Assembly (NCBI GenBank): GCA_965208325.1
Contig: OZ242326.1
Span: 1,152,001-1,216,000 of the forward strand
Origin: Candidatus Poribacteria bacterium
Lineage (GTDB): Bacteria > Poribacteria > WGA-4E > PCPOR2b
Direction: 5' to 3'
DNA: 64,000 bases
Of the stretch, positions 1 to 8,513 are shown piece by piece. Position 1 is the stretch's first letter, and each line of letters opens with the position of its first letter. The notes below the pieces were generated by a model, which did not search any database, had not been told where the DNA came from, and saw only the letters and a list, made by a program, of their open reading frames with translations. The translations under genes were made by a program, and so were the position numbers.

Positions 1-108
1 ATTGCAATTGGCTTTTTTCCCAATCCATTTTACAATTTCAGATAAGTCAGTGTATTTGCTACACCTCAATTCATTCACAGTCAAGGTCATTTTACACACA
101 ACTGAAAC

Positions 109-1782
109 ATGAATAAACTCGCCGAATCGGCCGTGCATCAAGGTACAGCTCATTTGATGAAGCAACAGAATTCATCAGGCAGCTTTGAGGGCGAACTCTC
201 CTCAAGCACTTTTCCCTCCTGCGCTTACGCTTGGGTGAAGCTTGCCCAGAATCACCTGCCTGATCAGATGCTCATTGACTGGTTCCTAAAGAACCAGAAC
301 CCGGACGGCACGTGGGGTCTTGATGCTGCCAATCAGCCAAATCGTGAAGCGACGTTATTTGTGAAACTCATATTAGCTCAAGTTGCCAAGCAGAAACCCG
401 AACCGCAGATTTTAGAAGCCTTAAAACGAATTCCCAACTATCCGTTAACACTTGCATTGAACAAATTGGCTTATGCGGCTTTCGGCGAGTACAACTGGGA
501 CAAGTTGACCATACCAAGGCGTATGCTCCCTGTAATGACGTTGATAAAAAAGGTGCTGGCAAAATTCCCATCCTTGCAAACTTTCCTCAAACCACCTAGA
601 AACGTCCTCCCTCCCGTAGACCTCTTCAATTCACCTATGTTTGGAAACCTATTCATCGCGGAGCAATATACACTCGCCGCTGTCTTTACCATGATTGAAC
701 TGAATACCCGCCGACGCCCGGAAGTCGTCAAATCGCTTGTCAATTGGCTCAAGAAACATATGCTACCCGACAACAGTTGGTTTCGTGTGAATTACATAAC
801 TGCGCTATCGGTGTTAGCCCTAATTGAACTCCAGCGGGTAGAAGGTACGGACGACGAAATTCAAGCGATAATCGATCGAGGAATTTCGTGGCTTCAATCC
901 ACGCGAAATGCGGACGGAGGGTGTCGGGAGGCTTTAAACCTTAATGTATGGGATACCGCCCTAAGTCTAATCTCGCTTCTAGAAATTGCCAATGCCGACG
1001 GGAACAACGCGATTCAAAGCGCATCCAAGTGGTTAATCGAAAATCAGAGTCCAGACGGTGGTTGGGCGTTTTCTCGGATGGGGCAAAACGATAACCTCCC
1101 GAGCGATGCGGACGACACAGCATTAGCCACACTGGCGTTAATCCGATCGAAATCACCGCATGCGGAAGCAGCCATTCAGAGCGGGTTGAATTGGCTAAAA
1201 ACGCGCCAGAGATTCGATGGATGCTGGAGCACGTACCTTCCCGGCCAAGGCGATGTCGGTTGCGTAAGCATCACCGCGCACGCAATCGAGGCATTGCAGG
1301 AGGCAACCGGCATGGAAGCGCAGATTGCACGGGCAACCCAATGGATTAAGGGTCAAATCTCTTCTGAGGGATATTGGACGGATTTATGGTTAGCCAAACG
1401 AACTTATGGGACAGCCTGTGCCATTATTGCCTTAATCAAAGCGGGAATGAAGGACACAGCGGAGGTTTCGCGGGGAGTGCGTTGGCTTGAATCCGCGCAA
1501 AACTCCGATGGCGGGTGGGGAGAAGATATGTTCGGCAACCGGAGGGATAGCACTATCGAACAAACTGCGTGGTGCACCCACGCGCTCCTGCTCGCCAATC
1601 CTGAGAACCGAGCCGTGAAAAACGGGTTAAACCTCATCCTAAGCCGCCAAAAATCGGACGGTTCCTGGGACGCGAGTTGCGTGGGGATTTACTGGGAAAT
1701 CATCGGCGGCTATGCCGATCCGATTTACGCTTCCGTGTTTCCCCTGCGCGCACTGAATCAGTATTTGAAGGGTTCAAAATAG
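109..1782 (+). CDS. Squalene-hopene cyclase-like class II triterpene cyclase (prenyltransferase/QW-repeat protein), divergent
   Basis: DADDTA (DxDDTA) protonation motif, NVWDTA, GGWAFS and several QW repeats (QNPDGTWG, QSPDGGW, QNSDGGWGE, QKSDGSW). At 557 aa it is shorter than canonical SHC. Confidence 0.8.
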   Translation: MNKLAESAVHQGTAHLMKQQNSSGSFEGELSSSTFPSCAYAWVKLAQNHLPDQMLIDWFLKNQNPDGTWGLDAANQPNREATLFVKLILAQVAKQKPEPQILEALKRIPNYPLTLALNKLAYAAFGEYNWDKLTIPRRMLPVMTLIKKVLAKFPSLQTFLKPPRNVLPPVDLFNSPMFGNLFIAEQYTLAAVFTMIELNTRRRPEVVKSLVNWLKKHMLPDNSWFRVNYITALSVLALIELQRVEGTDDEIQAIIDRGISWLQSTRNADGGCREALNLNVWDTALSLISLLEIANADGNNAIQSASKWLIENQSPDGGWAFSRMGQNDNLPSDADDTALATLALIRSKSPHAEAAIQSGLNWLKTRQRFDGCWSTYLPGQGDVGCVSITAHAIEALQEATGMEAQIARATQWIKGQISSEGYWTDLWLAKRTYGTACAIIALIKAGMKDTAEVSRGVRWLESAQNSDGGWGEDMFGNRRDSTIEQTAWCTHALLLANPENRAVKNGLNLILSRQKSDGSWDASCVGIYWEIIGGYADPIYASVFPLRALNQYLKGSK

Positions 1783-1843
1783 AAATAATCCGTACACGCT
1801 GCTAAAATTCACGTCGCACAAGGGCAATCCGTGTCTGGCTAAA

Positions 1844-2515
1844 ATGATCTCTGTCATCATTCCAATTCTCAACGAAGCCAAAATCTTAGAACGGTCGCTC
1901 TCAAAACTCGGTCAACAACTGCAGAGGCACCAACTAATAATCGTCGATGGGGGCAGTACAGATGGCAGCCTCTGCATTGCGAAAAAATTCGGACAAATAT
2001 TATCTTCTTCCCAAGGAAGAGCCCGTCAAATGAATGCGGGTGCTGCTGTTGCAACCGGGGACATTCTGCTGTTCTTGCATGCTGACGCTTGGCTTGAGGC
2101 CGGCGCAATCAAGGGAGTCGAAGCGGCAATCACCACTGGATATGTCGGCGGCGCGTTTAAACAGCGCATCGAAGGCGGGCATATTTTATATCGCCTGATT
2201 GAGCGAGCCGCAAACTTCAGAGCACAACGCCTGCAGCTTTTCTACGGCGATGGAGGGATTTTTATAAGTAAGCGCCACTTTCACCAGATTGGCGGCTTTC
2301 CCAATGTTCCAATCCTCGAAGAGATGGAATTTTCGCGGAAACTCCGACACCTCGGTAAAACCACACTTGTTGAGCCAGGAATTCGAATCTCTTCCCGGCG
2401 CTGGAAGAAAAACGGTATTGTTCGTACGACAGCCCTCAATTGGTTTATCACTGCGCTATATTCTCTGGGTGTCTCCCCTACCCGGCTCGCCAGATTGTAT
2501 CGTCATATCCGTTGA
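1844..2515 (+). CDS. Glycosyltransferase family 2 (TIGR04283-like)
   Basis: SVIIPILNE, VDGGSTD, GRARQMNAGA, LLFLHAD, YGDGGIF and SSRRWKKNG motifs. Confidence 0.85.
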   Translation: MISVIIPILNEAKILERSLSKLGQQLQRHQLIIVDGGSTDGSLCIAKKFGQILSSSQGRARQMNAGAAVATGDILLFLHADAWLEAGAIKGVEAAITTGYVGGAFKQRIEGGHILYRLIERAANFRAQRLQLFYGDGGIFISKRHFHQIGGFPNVPILEEMEFSRKLRHLGKTTLVEPGIRISSRRWKKNGIVRTTALNWFITALYSLGVSPTRLARLYRHIR

Positions 2516-2693
2516 TTGCACATATTTAACAATCGCCTATATCTCAAAGCCGACATGCGTTCACCCCGATCGCATGGCACCACATCCCAAACGGTATTCA
2601 CATCGAAAGTCATCGTTTCTAAAAAACGTGAAAACAGACTCGAATTGAATCCCGCACGTTGCCCTAATGCTGTTAGGTGCGTGCATCACGTTC

Positions 2694-3275
2694 TCATCGC
2701 TGCTTCCGGTAAATTGTCACCTCCATAGCGTCCCGATCGACCCACGGCAAATCAACCTCAAACCAGTGGGTCTGACTTTCGTATCGAGAACGAACAAGAT
2801 TTAGATAATCCGTCATCTCTGACGCACCAATCCCTACGTTGTCCGCAACCACCGTCGCACCATCAAGGAGACGCGATTCAATTGCCCGAAAAGAGGAGTA
2901 ATATGCGCCGAAACTGTTGTCTAGCAGTAGAAAATCTATGCCGTCATTAACTACTTTCAGGACCTCTGCGGCGTCCCCAATCCGCGAATCAACTTGCTCG
3001 CTGAGACCGGCGCGCGCGAAGTTTTCCTGGGCTTCATGGGCGCGATCGGCATCAATTTCAACAGTGATTAGCCTGCCCTTGCCCATCGCTTGCAATCTCG
3101 ACGCTATCCACAATCCGGAATACCCGATTGCGGTACCGCATTCTACAATTAGTGACGGTTTTACCTGCTCAATGAGGTCGGTGAGAAATTCAGCCTTTTC
3201 GCGTCCAAGCATAGGGATATGCCGCTCCCGGCAAAGGCCATCCACCTCTTGCAATACCTGATCGAATTGGGTCAT
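2694..3275 (-). CDS. Class I SAM-dependent O-methyltransferase (COMT/CCoAOMT-like)
   Basis: VECGTAIGYSGLW, ITVEID, LLLDN and VVADNV motifs. Start moved to ATG 3275 (AGGGAAGG upstream); the longer ORF-track N-terminus runs through REP repeats. Confidence 0.85.
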   Translation of the reverse strand: MTQFDQVLQEVDGLCRERHIPMLGREKAEFLTDLIEQVKPSLIVECGTAIGYSGLWIASRLQAMGKGRLITVEIDADRAHEAQENFARAGLSEQVDSRIGDAAEVLKVVNDGIDFLLLDNSFGAYYSSFRAIESRLLDGATVVADNVGIGASEMTDYLNLVRSRYESQTHWFEVDLPWVDRDAMEVTIYRKQR

Positions 3276-3309
3276 CGGTTTACCTTCCCTTACACGAGGT
3301 TCATTCGCT

Positions 3310-3372
3310 GTAGCCGGCGCATCTCGCCTCGCATACACCACCGCACTCCGTACGCGGGGCATCCTGACACGC
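3310..3372 (+). repeat. Tandem pair of degenerate GTAG-type REP-like palindromes
   Basis: gtagccggcgcatctcgcctcgc (3310-3332) and gtacgcggggcatcctgacacgc (3350-3372), 40 nt apart. Same family as the copies at 44891 and 56115. Confidence 0.6.
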
Positions 3373-3664
3373 TATCGCCATTCGCGCCATCGGCAGCGAA
3401 TGACTAATTTATTCTCCGTAATTGGTGAAACATGGGCAATATTGCATGATGATAACACAAGTTTCACAGATTGTGCATGCGAAAAATGACTCGCGCGAAT
3501 TTTACGCGCCGCTCTTCAATGTATCATTATTCATGCCTGTTCTTACGAGAAACGCGGCGTGCGCTGTTACATGATTTTGAGACAAGGTTTAGGTTTTGCA
3601 AATCTTACCGTAAAACGGAATTGAGAATCGGTTCCCGAACCTCCAATACTCGTAGCTTTTTGGC

Positions 3665-3693
3665 TTGACGATCTACATGGTGTTGTGTAGAAT
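3665..3693 (+). promoter_or_regulatory. Sigma70-type promoter for the TPR/lipoprotein/Omp85 operon
   Basis: TTGACG (3665-3670), 17-nt spacer, TAGAAT (3688-3693). Confidence 0.6.
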
Positions 3694-3699
3694 ATTACC

Positions 3700-4134
3700 A
3701 TGAATGGGGTAATAAAGATGCCCGTCCGATTCCTTTTCTTTCTAGCTGCCGTTTCCTTTCTTGCATCGGGATGCTCGCCGCTACAACATCACGCTACCAT
3801 TGACCAATACAATGAATTTGCAATAGAGGCTGCTGAATTGCAATTATGGAACGAAGCTGTGTTCCGATGGGAACGCGTCATTGAAATTGACCCGCAGTAT
3901 GCACGAGCACACAATAATTTAGGCGTCGCTTTCGAAGCGTTGGGAAAGACCGATGAAGCCATTGAAGCCTACAAACGGGCGACGGAATTAGATTCATCCA
4001 ACAAGTTTTACCGATTCAACTATAGAAAGTGCCGCCTCAACATTCAACGCAATATCAAAAGGCAACCTGATACAGAGGATGACGCCGTTGAAGAAGATGA
4101 AGATACCGAAGAGGACAGCCAAGGCAAATCTTGA
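3700..4134 (+). CDS. TPR-repeat lipoprotein
   Basis: Signal peptide with lipobox LASGC, TPR motif (AHNNLGVAFEALGKTDEAIEAYKRATELD) and an acidic tail. The start may be ATG 3718. Confidence 0.8.
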   Translation: MNGVIKMPVRFLFFLAAVSFLASGCSPLQHHATIDQYNEFAIEAAELQLWNEAVFRWERVIEIDPQYARAHNNLGVAFEALGKTDEAIEAYKRATELDSSNKFYRFNYRKCRLNIQRNIKRQPDTEDDAVEEDEDTEEDSQGKS

Positions 4135-4333
4135 ATCACCGCTGGAAACTTTTTGTGATTCACCCTAATGTGTGCCTCAGGGAGCGCCAAGGATTAAGTG
4201 CGCGGTTAAAATATATATCGTAAGCGTACCCGCGGCGGTTTTAACCCCGCATAGCGAAGGCATGAATTAATGGGTTCTTTATCCATCTGTACTTTCGTCA
4301 AAAAATATATACTCCCACTAGCGTCCGCCGTGT

Positions 4334-5200
4334 ATGAAAATTGCTACTGTAAAATCCACTCCGTGGACTCGCAAACAAAGTATCAGCCAATCGAAGAAAG
4401 GTGAAAGTTTCGCCCTCTGTGCGTTCCCTGCGTGCATTTTGACCGTTGCAACACCACTTTTTTGTCTAAGGATAACCAAAGACAGATTCGGCGTTAGTCT
4501 GCTGATGGTTGTGATGTGTATCTGTTTTTTCTGCGGCTGCGGTGGTCCGATTACACGGATCTCGATTCCCATCAAGGTTCAATCAGAATTAAACGTGAGT
4601 CAGTATTCGAGTTTTGTGGTCTTGCCATTTTTTGATGAACGGCCGGACGGAGAAACGAAATCTGCAGCTAAAGAGGCAGAGGAAGAGATTGCGTCTTTAA
4701 TGCGGCGGAGACTTGGGCAACAAAAAAACCTTAACATCCTTGGCACACAGGAAACGCTGCGAATGCTAGATGGCGAACCACTTGACCTCAATCTTTTGAA
4801 TGAACCTAGCCAGATATTTCAATATGGAGAACTATTCGAGGTAGATGCGGTCGTTCTAGGCAGCTATAAATTTTATACCGTGAGCAGGTCTCGGCGCTAC
4901 TATGGTGAACGATATTCAAGGACGATGCAACGCTATGTGACCGACTATCAGGATTACCTGCAGAAAAACTATATCTTCTCGCTTAGAGTTTTGATTGCAG
5001 ATGCAGAATCTGAAGAAGTCGTTTGGGATGAAAAATACGAACGTACCGCGGCTGAAGCACACACCCTCGGTTCCTTTCTCGTGTCACAAGCTACTCCCGA
5101 CGAAAGCACCTTAAAAAATCTAGCAAAACAAGCAATCACAGAATTTACACGCAAAATTGCACCTCACTACCAAACTGAAGAAAGATTTCTGGTGAGATAA
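4334..5200 (+). CDS. Putative lipoprotein (CsgG/TolB-N-like alpha/beta fold); true start probably downstream
   Basis: Hydrophobic stretch ending FFCGC, followed by VVLPF, VDAVVLGS and LRVLIADAESEEVVW patterns. Confidence 0.6.
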   Translation: MKIATVKSTPWTRKQSISQSKKGESFALCAFPACILTVATPLFCLRITKDRFGVSLLMVVMCICFFCGCGGPITRISIPIKVQSELNVSQYSSFVVLPFFDERPDGETKSAAKEAEEEIASLMRRRLGQQKNLNILGTQETLRMLDGEPLDLNLLNEPSQIFQYGELFEVDAVVLGSYKFYTVSRSRRYYGERYSRTMQRYVTDYQDYLQKNYIFSLRVLIADAESEEVVWDEKYERTAAEAHTLGSFLVSQATPDESTLKNLAKQAITEFTRKIAPHYQTEERFLVR

Positions 5201-5222
5201 CATTGTAATTGGGCGAAGTAGA

Positions 5223-8144
5223 ATGATTACATTGATACAATTGTTCATAACACGCTTCAAGTTTTGTGTCGAGCGCCGCAATTCGCGCATCACACCGGCT
5301 TCACCGGCGATTTCATTGTTCTTCTTGTGTCTGTCCACATTTCTCTTTTACTCCCAAACCAGTTGGGCGCAGGGATTTGGCAAAAACAAAGTTACCGATG
5401 AACCTTTCGACTGGAAAATTCACCGCACAGAACATTTTGATATTCATTACTACCCTAGCGAAGAGCGGCTTGTTCCGATTATGGCAGACATTGCGGAAGA
5501 AGCGTATGAAAAGCACAGCGAAGATTTTGACCACGAAATCAAAGATCGCACACCGCTAATTCTATATCAATCCCACAAAGATTTTCAGGAGACCAATATT
5601 ATACTGCAGGAGATTCACGAAGGCATAGGCGGTTTCGCTGAAATATTTAAGCGGCGTATGGTGATTCCCTTCACGGGTTCAATGGAAGCGTTTCGAGAGG
5701 TCATATTTCACGAATTGGTACATATCTTTCAATACGATATTATCTATCAGAAACCTGCGGCTCATATCTATAGCGGCGAATTTCTCTATTCACCTCCAAT
5801 TTGGTTCATTGAAGGATCAGCAGACTACTTTGGCGAAGACAATGACACGATCGGAGAGATGGTTTTACGGGATGCAAGCCTCGCCAACTACATTGTTCCG
5901 TTGACCCGCCTTCAAGATTTCCGCATTCTCGGCCCGCATGTCTTTCTCGGGTATAAGATGGGGCAATCCGCAGTTGGGTACTTGGTGGAAACTTACGGGC
6001 GAGACAAAGTGGGGCAGATCATGCATGAATTAAGGCACATCCGAACAAAAGATATCGACATAGCCTTCAAAAATGTGCTCGGCATTGGTCTAGAAGAGTT
6101 CGATAAAAGTTGGCGCCGCGTCGTTCAGAAAAAATATTGGCCCCTGGTTGAGCACAAGGATACGCCAGATACGATTGCCAAAAGCCTGACTGAAAAATCC
6201 CGCTTTTCCAGCAACGTAAAGCCGGCTTGGTCGCCAAGCGGCGACATCATCGCTTACATTACCGGCAGCGACGGATTTGGCGAAATCGTCCTCGTGTCCG
6301 CAAAGAGCGGGAAAAGACTTGCCCGAATTAGTAAACGTTTCTTTGGAAGCAAATATGAAGACCTCCGCATGGATGGCAGCGGAATTGCTTGGTCGCCTGA
6401 TGGTGATTGTATTGCATGTATTGCCAAGCATCACGGAACGGATTATCTATTGGAGATTGATATCATAACCAAAAAACTAAAGCGCCGCTTAAAACTCGAC
6501 TTCGATGCAGCATATTCACCGAGCTATGATGGAAACGGCGACCGCATCGTTTTTGCTGCATTAGACAAAGGACAATCCGATTTATATGTCATCGAACTTT
6601 TAACCGGAGAGATCACTCGGTTGACAAACGACCCCTTCAATGATAACCACCCGTCATGGCACCCAACAACAGAAGAAATCATCTATTCCTCAGAGCGCGA
6701 GAGCAAGAACAAACTAGTCATCTTTAATCTAATTGACCGCACACAACGGCAGTTGACATACGGCGAACACAACGCCGTGAGTCCAAAATGGTCGCCCGAT
6801 GGGGAAAAAATAATTTTCTGCTCGGACCTGCACGGTGTCTACGATTTGCACACGATTAAACCGGATGGATCGGATTTTACGCGATTGACAAGTATCATCA
6901 CGGGGTGCTTCAACCCTAGCCTTGACCCCAATCAGAAAAATATTGTCTTTACTGCGTATCAAAATGGAAGACAGGACATCTATCTAATGGATGCGGCTAA
7001 GGCAATGGATGACAAGATTGACATGCCGCCTTTGGAGGTGCAGCCGATAATTGCAGACGCTTCGACACCGCCGCCGCGCCGCATTGGCCGCCGGAAATAC
7101 GATACCAACATTGCCCTGGACGCAATTTTCACCAACTTTAACTTGGGCGCTGACGGTCTTCTGCGTAACACAACGGAGTTCATCGGAAGCGATATGATGG
7201 GCAACCATCGGTTGGGCGCAAGTTTGATAAATCAATCAGGCTTCCTGGCACCGGATTTCATACTACGATACGGATTTCTCGCGCGCCGCAGCGATATTGG
7301 CGCCGCCCTTTTTAACTACCACCAGTATTACCTCTTGGGCACAACTCGCGATCGCCGCGGGTATTTGCAGCGAACCACCGGCTTTCTCGGATTCATGAGT
7401 CATCCATTCAATCGCTATCGTCGGTTAGATTTCAACCTCTTAATGTACTCTACCCCGTTTTCCTTCAACTTTGAACCGAATCCGGCGCGCAATTTCGGCG
7501 ACAACCGTGCAATCCTCTTTCTCGGAACACTCTCTCTCGTGGGTGATACCACGATGTGGAAAGTGTTTGGGCCCCATACTGGCACACGCTACAAACTTAC
7601 ATTCGAGAAGTCGTTTCGGGCTTTAGGCAGCGAACTAGAACTGACGAATGTCGTCTTCGACTATCGACGCTATTTTAAACTTGGCAGGCGTTCAACATTT
7701 GCAACCCGTTTGCTGCTAGGCGGCAGCTTTGGCTCAGATAAATCCCTCTTTTATCTCGGCGGAATCGATACCCTCAGGGGATATCGTTACCAGGACCTAA
7801 TCGGTACGCGTATGGGACTAATGAATTTTGAGATTCGAATCCCATTCATTGACGAGCTTAGGTTTGGTTGGCCCTTCCCGTGGGCAATCAGCGGGATTCG
7901 TGGTATTGCTTTCTCTGATTTTGGCACCGTTTGGTCGGAGGCGATCCACCGCGACAATCCATATCACGTCTTTCATAAGGAGAATAACCGCTATCGCCTC
8001 GATGATGTCAAAGGTTCTGTTGGCATTGGACTCCGATTACAGCTTGGGTTCTTCTCTCTCGATTTCGATGTTGCGCGTCGAACCGACCTCGCCGAGATTA
8101 ATCCGGACACAATGTTCCACTTTGGACTAAGCCAAGCCTTTTGA
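5223..8144 (+). CDS. Omp85/BamA-TamA family outer membrane protein with N-terminal gluzincin-like peptidase domain and PD40/TolB-like beta-propeller
   Basis: HELVH plus WFIEG metallopeptidase motif; repeated PAWSPSG, WSPDG, PSWHP, PKWSPDG units; Omp85 loop-6 motif LGGIDTLRGY; C-terminal FHFGLSQAF. Confidence 0.85.
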   Translation: MITLIQLFITRFKFCVERRNSRITPASPAISLFFLCLSTFLFYSQTSWAQGFGKNKVTDEPFDWKIHRTEHFDIHYYPSEERLVPIMADIAEEAYEKHSEDFDHEIKDRTPLILYQSHKDFQETNIILQEIHEGIGGFAEIFKRRMVIPFTGSMEAFREVIFHELVHIFQYDIIYQKPAAHIYSGEFLYSPPIWFIEGSADYFGEDNDTIGEMVLRDASLANYIVPLTRLQDFRILGPHVFLGYKMGQSAVGYLVETYGRDKVGQIMHELRHIRTKDIDIAFKNVLGIGLEEFDKSWRRVVQKKYWPLVEHKDTPDTIAKSLTEKSRFSSNVKPAWSPSGDIIAYITGSDGFGEIVLVSAKSGKRLARISKRFFGSKYEDLRMDGSGIAWSPDGDCIACIAKHHGTDYLLEIDIITKKLKRRLKLDFDAAYSPSYDGNGDRIVFAALDKGQSDLYVIELLTGEITRLTNDPFNDNHPSWHPTTEEIIYSSERESKNKLVIFNLIDRTQRQLTYGEHNAVSPKWSPDGEKIIFCSDLHGVYDLHTIKPDGSDFTRLTSIITGCFNPSLDPNQKNIVFTAYQNGRQDIYLMDAAKAMDDKIDMPPLEVQPIIADASTPPPRRIGRRKYDTNIALDAIFTNFNLGADGLLRNTTEFIGSDMMGNHRLGASLINQSGFLAPDFILRYGFLARRSDIGAALFNYHQYYLLGTTRDRRGYLQRTTGFLGFMSHPFNRYRRLDFNLLMYSTPFSFNFEPNPARNFGDNRAILFLGTLSLVGDTTMWKVFGPHTGTRYKLTFEKSFRALGSELELTNVVFDYRRYFKLGRRSTFATRLLLGGSFGSDKSLFYLGGIDTLRGYRYQDLIGTRMGLMNFEIRIPFIDELRFGWPFPWAISGIRGIAFSDFGTVWSEAIHRDNPYHVFHKENNRYRLDDVKGSVGIGLRLQLGFFSLDFDVARRTDLAEINPDTMFHFGLSQAF

Positions 8145-8160
8145 ATTTTGAATATGTAAT

Positions 8161-8391
8161 GGGCACTGTTGATATTTGAAAACTTGAACACATCTCAGTT
8201 CCGACCGATTTGGGCAGGCAGAAGTCCTGTCGCTGCATTTAAGCAGCCCTTGTGGCCGCCCGGCTGTGGGTCGGGAGCCTCGCTTGACTTGTGAAATTCC
8301 GCACTAGTTGGGAGAGGAAGCCAAACCTACTACTGTTGAATTGGGTTCTAGGCAAATCACACTATCGTCCGTTAAAAATGTCAACACGCCC
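8161..8391. mobile_element. Possible non-autonomous IS remnant / MITE with IS5-like terminal inverted repeats
   Basis: Left end gggcactgttgatattt (8161-8177). Right end aaaatgtcaacacgccc (8375-8391), reverse complement gggcgtgttgacatttt, followed by TAG. No ORF-track ORF lies within the interval. Confidence 0.4.
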
Positions 8392-8513
8392 TAGTTTAGA
8401 CTTTCGTCTTTTCTTTAAAGACTCGAAAGGTTTTCAACCCCTTTGAACCTCCAGAGGGAAATCACATTGCGAATTCACAGTTCGCGTTAGCCATTAACTG
8501 AAAGTAGGTACGC

